Of a stretch of 64,000 nt of DNA, positions 39,124-52,217 are shown piece after piece. The DNA comes from Octopus sinensis. Taxonomy: Eukaryota. The notes beneath the pieces were generated by a model, which had not been told where the DNA came from, made no database searches, and worked only from the letters and a program-made list of their open reading frames with translations. Positions within the stretch are counted from its first letter, which is position 1. Each line of letters starts with the position of its first letter. The DNA is taken from assembly GCF_006345805.1 (NCBI RefSeq), contig NW_021833588.1:1-64000 (forward strand), in the 5' to 3' direction. The position numbers and the translations under genes are program-made.

Positions 39124-39902
39124 TATTAGTTATTTAAGAAAATAATATTTAGTCTTTTTAACGTCAGAATTTTTTTCGAATTCATTAATTTTTTATTTAT
39201 TTGTTGCGAGGTAAGCAAAAAACTGTTGACCGTTCCACCAAGTAGTAAGATAAAATGTTTTATTGTTATTACAACCATGGAGACAATAAAGGAATAAATC
39301 AGAGTCAATATTTAAATGAAAATTTAATTTAACAAGCAGGATATTTTCAATAACAAGAATAAAATAACTCTGATCAAAATTGTTACTACTTCCCAGGAGA
39401 AAGTTAAACACGTTGAAGTTAAATAATTTTACTAGCATGAGTTATAAGTGAACTTTAGCTTTTTACGACTGTCAGGAAAAATTATCTCGTTGGTGAATTT
39501 GGATTCAGTTTTCTCAAAATGGTACAACATTATATAAGGTAAGCTATCTATTGAATAATCAAATAAAAACTATATTTAATTAGTTATCCTGAAAAAGACT
39601 TTTGAAAGCGTGTTAATTGAACACAATCATAGGATGAGAGTATTTTATAAAAAGTATTCCTCAGCTTTCAAACTACTTATGGAACGGGACATATCTTTGA
39701 ATTTTAACACATTTGTGTTGACTGTTCTGATGTGGGGATGATGAATAAGGAGAAGTTGGCTGCAAGATCTTGACATTAAAAAAGAAATATCATCAACGAT
39801 TTTAGCTAAAATTCTTTATTAGATATTTTGATTAATAAGGTAAGAATATATCTTGTATTAAAAATGTAAAATGAGTAAAAAGAGCTTTATTTTAATTAAA
39901 AT

Positions 39903-41299
39903 CTAGTAAATAAACGGAATTATTTTATATGGGACTGCATCACAATACAAATTCCAAAATTTTTCATATTTGAGTCTGCACTTCTTCTCATCCCGGAAAC
40001 TGCGATGTAAGAGCAAAACAAATAGAAAAATAAAATAAGAATATGGAAGTAAACTCCCAAATCCACACGGCAGTGTCCAACAAAGTGCAGAACACAACTC
40101 GGCAAAATAATTAAAATGCCGACTCAAACTCCACCACCCACTGGCCAACAAAAGCGAGTGACGAACTTGATTGTCGGTTGTGGTATAAGCCGCTTTTATA
40201 AACTTTGGTTTTTTTCTCCAAATAAAACAATTTCCATTTGTTTCTCTTACTTTTTTCTTTTGCCAATCAATATCATAATTAACAAAAATAGCACCAACTC
40301 CAAAAACTAAGAGACAGATTGAACAAAACCAGCCGAGATATACAGGTCTGGATACAAGATACATTCCACTCTAACTATTACGTAAAACAATACTAACCAG
40401 AGTGTACAGCGTAGGGACAAATACTAGACAACCCCAACATATATAAAACCCTGCTCGATCAACTGCGATATCAATAGTCCTCATGTATCCAATCTCCCAC
40501 CAAAAAAACTTGCTGATATAACACAACTGAAGAAATGAATTCACAAACATGGAATCAACAAATCCATGTAACTCCCAACTCTTGATTGCAAAAATAAACA
40601 CAAGTAGTCCCCAAACCATCATACCAAAACGACAGTTTGTGAATACCTAACCAACTTAACCAATAAAAGAAATAAACTTTAATATCAATCCCCCATATCT
40701 TCGGATAAAGCTCAGTCCCCCAATAATAGTCAAATATCCAATTTCCAGATGGTCCACAGTCTTTATTGGTCGGGAAGTAAATTCCCTTGTAGAGAAGAAT
40801 TAGGCAGAAGATCAAAGCAATGAAGTTGAGACTGAAATAAATTTGTTGAAGGTTGTCATAAATTATTGTTACAGACAGTCCATTGGACTTTAAAAAATAT
40901 TGTAGTCCAAAAAATGAGCAAATAGTAACAATATATTGCTTGAATCCATTATCCTTAAAGTAAGGTAAAAATCCACTTTCTGATGTATTTCCTGGTTCAA
41001 GTTTTCCTAAAATATAAATTTTCTCACATCGAACCGGGCAATATTCTCATTAAAACAAGACTGAACAGAATGTACCCAAAAATAATACAAAATGAGATTA
41101 ATGTAAATGGCGGTCTTTGCCAAATTAACCACATCCAATCAATTCCATATTGTTTTATTAGATCTGAAAATGTTCCATTTGTTTCAAAATTAATAAAACT
41201 AGAATATATGTCACCTAAATACCAGAGAGTTAAAGCAAATATGGGCGATGTAACAATAAGTATACAAGGAACTGTTGATCTCCACAACCAATCACGCAT
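39903..41299 (-). CDS. DHCR7: 7-dehydrocholesterol reductase (ERG4/ERG24 family), multi-exon
   Basis: GPSGNWIFDYYWGTELYP, KFFWWE.GY..TIDIAVDRAGFYICWGCLVFVP, LLASGWWSLSRHFNY and HRSFRDEKKCRLKY motifs; short introns. Confidence 0.9.
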
Positions 41300-41514
41300 T
41301 AAATTAGTTTAACAAAGTGTCAAAAATGCGGAAGCTTACGAGTTATAAAATGTTAACGTGATAATCGATTAACGTCGGATTATTACGTAAAATTTAAATC
41401 AGTTATCAGAAATAGAAATAAAAATTTTTAAATGAAGGTGTTTTGATATCTTTCCTGATGGTATTACTCAGAGGATGAGTTTACGTTGAATTAAATCTGT
41501 TTAATAAGTTAGGT

Positions 41515-42175
41515 CAGCGGTTCTCAACCGTGGTCCCCAGAAAATTTTTAGTGGTCCCCAGGAATTTTCGAAAAATAAAAATATATTAAAGTTAAAACTA
41601 ATTGTACAATTAAGTATAAATCAAAAACATTGAAATTAATCAAGCGGTTCTCAATCGTGGTCCCCAGAAAATTTTTAGTGGTCCCCAGGAATTTTCGAAA
41701 AATAACAATATATTAAATTTAAAACTAATTGTACAATTAAGTATAAATCAAAAACATTGAAATTTTGAGTCCATTTTGAGTAAAACTGCATTGGAAGCAA
41801 TACTTGCATTTCCCACTACTTATCACTGTGAAATGGCGATGTCGTGTCTGACTTTTCTAAAAACAAAATATAGAAATAGACTACGGGTACAAGATGATAT
41901 GCGAGTAGCTTTGTCGAACATAGAGCCTGATATAAGTAAAATGATTTTGAGCAAACAAGATCAGAAATCTCACTAAATTACTATTAAATTTCCTGTTATT
42001 TTCATAATGTTCATGTTATTTTTATAATAAATATTCGAACATGTCTAAACCTGGCCCTGACGAGGCCAAAAATTGTGCGCTAATACCAAAAAATGTTTAT
42101 TTTATTTAAGGTGGTCCCCACAAAATTTTATAGTGCAAAAGTGGTCCCTAGTCTAAAAAAGGTTGAGAACCGCTG
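41515..42175 (+). mobile_element. Non-autonomous hAT (Buster/Charlie-like) with dimerization-domain remnant
   Basis: TIR CAGCGGTTCTCAACC...GGTTGAGAACCGCTG; TSD AGTTAGGT; FPTTYHCE...KTKYRNRL; ~125-bp left-end tandem duplication. Confidence 0.92.
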
Positions 42176-42559
42176 AGTTAGGTTAATTGGATGTGATAAA
42201 TCGATTAAACCACAAACCAGTCATTTTTGAGATATTATGTGTAATAATATTTTTATGTGAAAAACGATTTTGCAAAAAGGAAATCAGGATTCGCCAGTGG
42301 CTGCATTGCAGGTTACAAACGCGTTACCTCCCAATTTCATGATTTAATATTTTTTATGTGATATTTTAAATTATCAGACACAAAATATCCTCAAAATAGT
42401 TCAGCTGTAAGCAACGCTTGTCAGATTTTTTAAAACAATTAAATCGAATAAATATGTTACTAATAATTAGGAACTTACTTAAAATAATTAATTTTTTTTT
42501 AATTCGCTTGACCAACTTATTAAGAAAGATGGAAAGGGTTTCTTAGCCCTCCAACAAGA

Positions 42560-42732
42560 CCACCTGCCAAAAGACTACAACAATCAGAAACACATCACCC
42601 TAATCCAATTCCTCAAAAAAACTGCTCCCCGCCCGTCCCGCACTTGCGTTGGGTCCAGAGTCCAACATCGGGAAAAGCTGAGAAAGATTTTGAGGATTGT
42701 TGGAATCACCTAATTAATTACCCTAATTAACT
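42560..42732 (+). repeat. LINE/SINE-like 3' tail shared with 13590-13735
   Basis: TTGGGTCCAGAGT..AACATCGGGAAAAGCTGAGAAA...CACCTAATTAATTACCCTAATTAACT in both copies. Confidence 0.7.
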
Positions 42733-43328
42733 GTTGGTGATTCTTGGGTTAAATAATAATAATAATAATAATTTTTTAATTAACATCAAGGATAAACGGA
42801 GTTTTTTTATAAGGAACAATTTTTTTTAATTCAAGCAATTTCCTGATGTAATATCTTATAAATTATTCAGATTAAAATTGACTTTCTCAGACCCAAACGT
42901 TATGAAAATTCAAAATGTTCTGATCTAGGATGCTTGTACAAATCCAAAATAAAAGTAAGATATTAAGGCGTTCATAAAGTCAATTAAAATAAAATACTTT
43001 GAAAAGTATGATAGTTGAAAGCAGTCATGGATTAAAAATAAAAGTTTAAAACAAAAACGATACGATTTTTAAAGGTTAATTGGTTAATGTTTGATTATAT
43101 AATTTTCTTTTAGATATCTAAAATTAAAACTATGAGTTATAGGTTTATATTGTGTCATTTAATAAAGAAAAGTTAAATGACTATAAATGTTAAAATTATC
43201 CCTCATTTTTTGATAAATTACATTTTTTAGTGTTGTAAATGAGATTTAAAAATATTTAATATTATTTTTTTATAAGTAAAATTTTGTAATAAAAAAAATT
43301 TCTACGAGTTTCTAAACGTGCTGTTGTA

Positions 43329-43981
43329 ATGGAACAAGCGCTTGCTGAATTACAAACACTAAGACAAATATCAAAAACCTCATATGTCCAGGAATATTTG
43401 GATGCCGGAATTCTGAGTGTAACAAGGATCCTGGACGCTTCCAATTCTCGCCAAGAAACAAATTCACAAAATATCGTTACATCGACTGTTCCCATAGACA
43501 AATACGGTGTCTATTAAAATACCAGTTATTCTTAGCTGGGATCAAAATAATACTCATGTTAAGATATATATTAATCCCGAATTCGAATATAACTTGGAAC
43601 AGTCTTCTATTACTCATCCAAATAAAAATTCCGTGAAAATAACGATTCCCGACCGGACTGGAAGGACCCACGTTTTAAATCTATGCCTTTTTGCTGGAGT
43701 CGTTGATGGTTCTTCTACAATCCAAGTATTTGTTGAAATAATCTTCAAAGTCAAAATCGCGTGGTTTGGTTGTCATCTTTAAGAAGGAAAAGGCTGAAAA
43801 TTGGGCAGATATTTTGGAGAAGAAAGAAAAGGATTCAGCAGTGCCTAAAATGGACGACAATGCTGACCCACAAGCTAATTTAATGAATATGATGCAAAAG
43901 ATGTATGAGGAGGGGGACGACGAAATGAAGAGGACTATGAATAAGGCTTGGTATGAGGCCAGAAATAAGCAAGGAGTCTAA
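43329..43981 (+). CDS. CACYBP: Calcyclin-binding protein / SIP homolog, 3 exons
   Basis: N-terminal helical hairpin, CS domain (WDQ..HVKIYI) and SGS-like tail DPQANLMNMMQKMYEEGDDEMKRTMNKAW. Confidence 0.9.
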
Positions 43982-44499
43982 AATGATTTTTTTCCTCGTT
44001 TTTGATTCGTTTTTAATGATTTTGGCTTAAATTTGGTTGGTTTATATTATATAGGCAATTTAACGTAATTAAATATTTAATTATTGAGATTCTGGAGTCA
44101 ATGAGTCTGGTCACTCGATCTTATTTTTCCTTGATTCATAAAATATCACAAAAAATGAAATAGGGCATTCGCTTTTTATTTCCACATTCGTTAAATGTAC
44201 TTAAGTGTCCTGATAGGAGAAAAATTCATTTTCTATAAACGTATTGCTATTCTTAGTCGGTAGAGAGATCTTCATTTGGGAGAAGATTTATTTAGGGAAA
44301 CTTTGTACCAAAGAATAATAAACTCTATTGACCTAAAAATTTATTTTAATGATACTCTTACCATTAGTAAATACTCCTTTGACGCGTCTCCCATTTCCAC
44401 GGTCGAGCCCAACAGGTACAGTTACAAAAGAAATTTTGTCCTTGGTTTCCCCTCATCAAATCCATAAAAATCACCAAAAATAAAGTATTAAAATAAGGA

Positions 44500-46560
44500 C
44501 TTTCATTTTTATGCCGCCATTGTATGAAAGCATTTTAATATTTCCATTTTGTAACTTCATCTAAACGGGATTTAATTATTATTTGGCCGATGGGAAAAAA
44601 TATGAGAAGTACGTCGGAGTCTGGAATAACACAGTTTTTGTCTCATTAGTAGTCGAAAGTTAAGAATAAAGGGACATTCTACTCGGAAGGTGTTCAGGCG
44701 GATTGGATCACTTATAATAAATCAGTGTTTAGCCTAACGAGTCTTTAACTATCTGTCAATAACTATTTTCTTTTTTGGTGAAATTTATTTAAATACAGTT
44801 TTTAAAAATCAATATTTCAAGATATATTAAACTTGAGAAAAATCCAAATTATTCAATTAATTATAGTGAAACCAATATAAGACAGTTTTTGCCAGTATCT
44901 TCGTTTTTGAATTATCAAAGACCAAAATATCTACGAAATGAACAAAACAGTCACATTTTGAAATTACTGGGGTTTATTCTAGTTTTGTGTCACATTTATT
45001 CAAATTTAAACACTTATTGCGTCGAATGATACTTGACAGATAATTTTACGCCATTATTTCTGATATAAATATCGACACAAGCTAATTTTAATTTTGATCA
45101 AATCAGGAATTTTTACATATAATAACTGTGATCCCCCAATCTGCCTAAAAATTAAAACAGCAAAACCAACAAAAGAAAATGAGTTTACCACATCTTAATC
45201 AGATACAAAGCAGCTACCCCCATAATATTTCAGTTGTTGATCATGATCAATTAATTCTTTCTTTCCAGGACAAAGGAAAGTGGAAAATAATCACTCTGTT
45301 AATTATAGAAATTTTAGTAGTCGCCCTATTTTCGAAAACGGTTTATAATTTTGATATTGTAGGAAAAACAAAAGGAATTACAAGATTCTATTAAATGAAA
45401 TAAAACCGTTAATTAGAATGATCTTAAAAATGCGTTTTGGATAGCATAATGTGAATACAATAATGAAAACCTGCAGCATTGTAGCCGCTAAAAGAGGTAT
45501 TGAAGTACCTTGACATGTACTCCAAATAAAATAAGTCCTTTGAGGTCGTAGATAACTGTAATTTGGAGAATATCCAGGCCAGTCTGAACAAATCTTGATC
45601 CATTTTAGCCAGGATTGAGTTTAGCAGTTTAATTTTATATTTGATAGAATGTGCAATTGTAATTACATGGACAATTCCCCTCTAGTCAGTCATTACTGTT
45701 TGTTCGTACTACACCGGTCAAAAGTTTTAGTCATGTCGAGAAAAATATTCCCCGACATATTTAACGTACACATCTGAAAATGAATAATCAGGCATGTCTT
45801 TTTTTTGTAATGCTTTAAGAATATTCTTTTGCGATCATAAAAATATTAAATAATATGAAACAACCTTTTTAATCCAAATAAGAAAATTCTTTATTTTCAG
45901 ATAGAAAATATTATGTGACCAGAAAGAGGCAGAACAAAAAAAAATTGTTGTTATTTGTAATAAACAAAATTTTTTGTTAATTTAATTTGCGTTAGAAAAT
46001 CATAATTCGTTTTTTTCAAGACAACTTGTCTTTACTGACTGATCAGACAGCATAACAAAGAGGATTACACACATCAGCTGTTTTTCAAGTTGATTAAAGG
46101 TATTCTTGGACTATCTCTTCTTGTTAAAGTATTTCCAGATTGGAAGAGCTCTAGTCATCAATCTAGTAAACTGGAGTCTAATGTATCACCTTGTTTATAA
46201 ATCACAGAAAATAACAAATTTCAGTTTTGGAAGTGTCAATAAAGTGCTTTTGACCGTGAAAGTTATTTCCTCACGTAAGCCAATGAAATGAGTTCAATAC
46301 ATCAGCATAAAATTCATTTAGGTTTTGAAAGATCAGAGTGATAATTATTCCTACAAATATTGGTCATTCAACTCTATAATTTCGGTACTTAGACAATGTC
46401 TTGATATTTGAGTGGCTTTTCAATATCGATTCACCTGGAAAAAATGTGAAACTTCTACTGCAAGCACCATTCGTTATTTCCAAGTAATGATTTAGTCTCA
46501 AAGAATTTTTCACTAAAAAAAGAAAGGGGCAGTAGACCTTTTCTAACATTCTCAAAATGA
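44500..46560 (-). CDS. Probable multi-exon membrane protein gene (possibly TM7SF3/DUF4203-like); boundaries unresolved
   Basis: Exon-like stretches between short GT-AG introns, e.g. CSDWPGYSPNYSYLRPQRTYFIWSTCQ/AATMLQVFIIVFTLCYPKRIFKIILINGFISF; family call is weak. Confidence 0.3.
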
Positions 46561-46702
46561 AGATATATCCTTTGTATATACGTAAAATGACAAAAAAATC
46601 TATATTAATATTACAATATTTGGATTACGATAACACAAATTTAACGATAATGACAAAAAATCTCCCTAGCAAATTAACGATAACACAAACATTTTAATAA
46701 AG

Positions 46703-46774
46703 GCCTTGTTAGCTCAGTCGGTAGAGCATCGGCTTTTAACCCGACGGTCGTGGGTTCGAGTCCCGCACAAAGCT
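46703..46774 (+). tRNA. tRNA-Lys(TTT)
   Basis: GCCTTGTTAGCTCAGTCGGTAGAGCA-TCGG-CTTTTAA-CCCGA...GGTTCGAGTCCC; the anticodon stem lacks one G, possibly an assembly indel. Confidence 0.8.
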
Positions 46775-47149
46775 TATTTTATTTATTTCAGAATAACTAC
46801 CAAATTATGTTCAAATATTCACGAAATATACTGTTAATATTTCGTCGCTCCATAAAAATTTATGTTTCATACATCATTTGTATTGATCAATTGATTAGAT
46901 CAATTTTTCATATTTTTTGATACCATGGCCCCACTCAAAATGAGTAGCCATGTCTAAGTAATGCTGGTTATACTGTTACTTCTGTCAGACAAAAGTACTT
47001 TTTAAGAAATTAGAAGGATGATTTAAAAACCTACACTGGAAAATAGAATAAAGAGAAGCTATGCTATTCCAGCTAATCTAAGTGGGATCCCAAAAAGAGT
47101 TTTAATCTCAAATGATATAAGAGTTATTTGGACTAATTGACAATTCAAT

Positions 47150-47810
47150 TCGTATTTAAATTTGTCGCTCGCTGCCGTTAACACTGTTTGCAGATTAATA
47201 AAGGAGAAGGAAACCTGTTGTTTGTATTAACACCGGAGCGATAAAACCGTGGATGATCTTAAATACCTCGAATAGTTTGTGGATGCAACTGTTTCATTCA
47301 AGATGTAATAAGGAAGAGAAAGAACAAGGCTACCCAAATGTTGAAAGCGCTGATGCGATTCCAGCTGAAACCGGAAACGTTCTTATACGTATACTCTGCG
47401 TTGTATAGAACCCTTCCTGATCCATATGGATCTCAAGATTGTTCGGAAGCTGCGAAGGAAAGAAACATATTGATCTTTTGGAGAAAACGCGGAGATATGC
47501 CATTAAACTGGCACATGGTTGGACTTAAATCCAAACTAACCCCGGAGCGGGGAGGAGATTCGGTACTAAAGATCCATGTTGATAACAATGCTGGTGTCAA
47601 ACAAGACAATCTAACAAATAATGAAGCTACTGACCAATTAGTGTTGCATGTCGTTTTTGATTATGCTTATGGCGGAAAGTATATGGTGTGTCCCATAGAA
47701 TTGACCCCAATCAGCAAACAACTTGTTTCTTCCGTCTCCTGGTTTCGTTTGGCCTTCTCTTCTCTCCCCCTTTTAATCTAGTGACGAGTTTGTTACATAA
47801 AATAAACTTC
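47150..47810 (+). pseudogene. 5'-truncated LINE RT C-terminal fragment (duplicated at 62060-62689, minus)
   Basis: VDDLKYLGIVVD...YSACIEPFLIYGSQGW in the partner copy; this copy is frameshifted. Confidence 0.75.
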
Positions 47811-48867
47811 AATAGTCAATAGCCGTTAACTACCGGTGTTACGGCACTTGATACAAAATCGATTTTGCGCGATCGTTCTCACCCTGTAGATCGTTCACAA
47901 CCGGTGACAATTATTCTTACTAATATTAGTCATCCAACATTAATTTTTGGTACTTCTAATCTTGTCAAATGTATAAAAAGAGCTTCTGGTTGTTTCTCAC
48001 CGACCAAGTTTTCATTTACAAAATGTTTCTTTTCCGTATAATTGTAGCTTACTCTGACAGACTTTTGGCTTAGTTAGATAAGTCGTTCTTAAAGCCAATG
48101 AGGGCGAGTTCTCGTAAACTGGGCAAACTTTTGGGCGGCTTGCCCGATTTTTCGTCCATTTGTGACAATGTAGATCTTTTGGGTGTATTTTATTCGACTG
48201 TGAGATTATTTATTATAAAATATTGCACTTACTTAAATAAAATCTTTCATGGACCACTTTGATAATTTTTTTTATTTTATGACTTATAAATGATACGTGG
48301 ATGCATTATGCAGTTTCTTCCCATTTCCTACTTTGCAATAATTAAGGATTGATGCGGTCCAAAAAGTTACAAACCCATCAAGTTTAATCGGTCTGTGGGA
48401 ACTCGAAAGTTGCATTATGATAGATATCCCAATACGCACGTCATTGTTTCCAGGACAACAAAACCAATATTGTGTCACGATAAGGTCCCGGTTAATTTAT
48501 TTAAGGGGGTATCCACTTTAATGAATACCTTCAAGTTTTACACTAATTTAAATTAATCTTTTCTTTTTTTCATATTTCTTTCGTTTTAATTTATTCAAGA
48601 TAGCTTTATTATTAGAGTTTATAATTCTAATAAAAATTCATTTTAATTAGAAACTCTTTAGCAATGCGATTTATGCTAAAATGGTGGAACCAGCAATACT
48701 GGTGTTATAGTTCCAAATTTATAGCATGTTCTATTTAATAATAACTGGTACGGCTTTTGACTAATAAAACACTGCTAAAATTGAAATTTTCTGATTATAA
48801 ATTGAAGACAATAATAAAATTAATCAAAAAACCGAATTATTAGTATGTTTAAGTATATTAATGGAAT

Positions 48868-49393
48868 TCACTCTAATTTAATTTTGACATTAATTCGGTC
48901 ATCGAAATTTGTTTTATGCGAGCGCGTCTTTATTCTAAATTTTGCGCAGGCGATTAGTTCCTTGCCGTCTAAAAACTTCCAAAAAACCTCTAGACTCATC
49001 GACTATATCATAAATATGTCAAAATACCGGAAAACGTATATTGGGAAGTTCCTTCTTATATTTAAAGGAAATTGTTTCGTTTTTTTCAGGTGGACAGTTC
49101 CCTGTGATATATCTACATGCTTCGGTAGTTTTAAGAATAGAAATGTGTGGTATTTGGATGTATCCCTGTGTTTGTAACATTCCGACTGACTCCGCTAAAA
49201 ATAAAATCTTATTTATACATGCTGTTAAATTTATTTGCATCTCCATTTTGTCTCCTCCATATAGAATACATGAATTCATGTTGCAATTTGTAACATCAAT
49301 GCTCGTTATGGATGATGATCCCCCACATTCTTGAAATGGTACTGGACCACAAATCACATTAGACAAAATAAAAATGAAAATTGTTATTAACAT
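48868..49393 (-). CDS. Secreted ML (MD-2/NPC2-like lipid-binding) domain protein, copy A, 3 exons
   Basis: Signal peptide; F-Q-E-C-G, C..C, AC......CP and the C-terminal exon SMSLEVFWKFLDGKELIACAKF give the six-Cys ML pattern; introns of 24 and 25 nt; ORF intact. Confidence 0.85.
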
Positions 49394-50049
49394 ATATAAT
49401 CACAAAAGATGACCTAAATTATTGCAATGTTAATTTATTCACACGAATTTTATTATTATCAAAAAATATATAATTTTGATAAAAAATTCAATTTAATAAA
49501 TAATTTTTAATGATGGAATCATTAATGTATCTACACTGGTCGCCAGATCTATTAACTATGTTCTATTGTAAGAATTAGAACACGTATTTAATTAGTAGCA
49601 GAGGATAAGATGGAATGGCAATTCCCAAGCAAGATGGCTATTGATATGCGTTGGAAAAGCCATGTCCGTTCCCAATGATCATTTCTCCTTCTGCTTGCCA
49701 GGCCCCCCAGTTTAATAAGGAATTTTTTAGTTCTGGGACCGAGGACTCCCGACGTCTCCACTGCGATCGGGGCAATGTTCTATTTGATAGTGCTTTATAC
49801 TGTTTTTGACTAATAAAAAACTGTTACAATTAACCAAACGATTGAGATTAAGAGAATTTAAGAATTGGTTTAACTTTATTTTATTATTAGCAAATTAGCA
49901 AATCCGCGACAAAGTCAATTTAGGGAAAGCAAGGTTTTGATACACATCTTTACCAGACTTATTATAAAGTGGTCGTGCAAATGAAAATTTATAAAATTAA
50001 AAAAAAACTTCCAATAAATGTCAATGGCCTTTAAAATTCATTAGAAATT

Positions 50050-50350
50050 TTCGTTAAATGTTGAAAATCTTCAGATCTATCATGTCTATTTGAAAACGTT
50101 CATTTAAACAGGAAGCAAAGGCATGGGGATTTATATCTCCAATCTACAATTAAATGAAATCTTGAGCTTTAAAAAGACGCGAAAATTTAGAATCTTCATA
50201 ATTTTGAATGACTTTTTTGATAATCTCATTCTTTACAGTGAAATATCTTTGTCGAAATTCATATTCAATTTTATTTAATACTCCGTGCGAAAACTCGTGT
50301 AATGATTTTGCCAAGAATTCCATTTCGGTTTCATTATCGAGGGGTATGGC
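50050..50350 (-). pseudogene. rve-integrase N-terminal fragment (KRBA2/Ginger-like)
   Basis: LHEFSHG...IIKKVI...NERFQIDMIDL, with stops. Confidence 0.5.
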
Positions 50351-50999
50351 TAACTTAGGATCACGTGATTTAAGATAATGTCAGTATGTCAGTAAATTTA
50401 TTTTTTGAAATTTGATATTCTCCCCACTCTTTTACAAAACCCAGGTGGAGAAAATTCAGAAATTTCTTCGGTGGGCATACCTTTTTGTCGGTTGATGGTC
50501 TTAAAGTTTTGTAAACGCATTCTTCTGTTTTTGCCAACTTTCTCAAACTTTGTTTTGTCTACGCTTTAAACTTTAACATCTTGCTTTCGGTAAGACCGTG
50601 AAATCGAATTCTTAATACATTTTTCTAAATTTTACCGCCGACAATACATGAGATAAGTAACCATGGTAAGTGGATAAATTAGCACAAACATACAGCGCCT
50701 ACAAACATATTCTAGAATCAAACTAAAGATTGAACAGTCTTATAATCTGAACAAGTGACCCCACAAATAAAACATCTAGATTCCTATAGTTAATGTGTCA
50801 GGTAACGACATAACAAATCCACCAACATAGCATAAGATCCTCTTAATGGATGACTTTCCGTTTAGGAAAGAGAGTTAAATATAATTCTGAATGTTTTCGT
50901 CACTCAAAATTCTGCACTCTTTTATTGGATTGTAAATTTCGTTTAGAACCTTTTTACAAAATGGAGAATTAAGCTAACATTCAACCAGCACATAATCGG

Positions 51000-51880
51000 A
51001 GGCGTCAAAATGGAAAGGGGTATACTCCAGGGTGATTCCTTGTCACCTCAAATTTTTGCAATGGACCCCCTCAGTCGAATTCTGAACGCAAAGTACCCAA
51101 AAGTTATTATGGATAATCAAGACCACGGTTTTATTACATACACAACAAACCAACTACTTTTCATAGATGACCTAAAAATATTTTCACGAAAAGAAAATAC
51201 AATGATGAGTATGATGAACGAGGTAAATAATTTTTTCGCAGCCGCCGGACTAAAAAATGTCGAAAAGTCCGCAACTAATTTGGGTGACCTTTGGTTGAAA
51301 GCTAAATTGCTTGATGGGATAGATGGTTACAGATACCTCGGAGTGGTAGAAGAATAAATTAAGTGAAGTATTGAAAAGCGAAATACTGAACACATTCTTT
51401 GGATAATTAAAAAAGAAGATCGTCAATCTCTTGAAGACAAAATTAAACTCTTACAACTTATTTAAAGCCATAAATAAGCACGCATTATCCTTCCACAACT
51501 ACTACATTGGGCTTGTCAATATTTAGCTAACAGAATTTGAACAGATTGACATAAATGTGTGCAAGATTTTTGTACAACATCGAATTAACCTGAAACCTGC
51601 AAATAAAGAAAAACTTTACCTCCCAAGAGGCCAACTTGGAGAGGACTCGTATCCACTGTCCTAAAGCATCCAAGAAACTGGGACCTTGATTTGAACTTGC
51701 TGAGGGAAGTGCAGAAGAACCGCTTGATTTACTAAATAAGGAAAAAATCATTGCATGCAATTCTCAACGAGTATTTAAATGATCTCAACGTCTATATTGA
51801 TGAGTTCCTTTCATTGGAGGGGCTTCTGTGTCTAATACAGGACCGTAGCCTATTTTTCGACAATGCTGGAACATTGTAAA
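51000..51880 (+). pseudogene. R4-like non-LTR retrotransposon RT remnant
   Basis: RGILQGDSLSP, LFIDDLKIF, YRYLGV and EGLLCLIQDRSLFF; many frameshifts. Confidence 0.85.
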
Positions 51881-51901
51881 TTTGTTTTTTAATATTTTAA
51901 G

Positions 51902-52086
51902 AGTCAATAGACATAAGAAAGCCCCCTGGTCTAGCATTTTGAAGAGTGATGGAATTGTTCAACAATATCGGGTTATTAATATTTGATATAATTTTGAATA
52001 TTTAGTTGGTGAGACTAGGAAACGATTATTTGACTCGAATACCAACAGACTATCTCAATATTAAAGGATTGGAAGATTCGTTTTAA
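51902..52086 (+). pseudogene. 3' half (two exons) of an NDUFA4-like paralog; 5' half missing
   Basis: RHKKAPWSSILKSDGIVQQYR/LVRLGNDYLTRIP...GLEDSF, ~58% identical to the downstream copy with the same intron position. Confidence 0.7.
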
Positions 52087-52217
52087 TCTGAATTTTACTA
52101 ATTACTTGAATTTCATTTCCTCTAATACGTTTTTTTGATATATTCTGATTAGTATATATTAAAAAAATTTAGTTTAAAAATTAAAATAATTTATTTAACG
52201 TTTACTTGTTTGTTACA

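Larger units (their letters stand above)
47150..49560. repeat. Left arm of a ~2.4-kb inverted segmental duplication (partner 60319-62689)
   Basis: Reverse-complement match across a LINE fragment, intergenic DNA and the ML gene; one 135-bp non-coding block differs at about 6 positions. Confidence 0.95.

Noticed and set aside
47150-49560. LINE 3' transduction as the origin of the ML duplication
   Set aside because: Both arms share the same LINE 5' end and no poly(A) or TSD marks the inner end; a DNA-level duplication fits better
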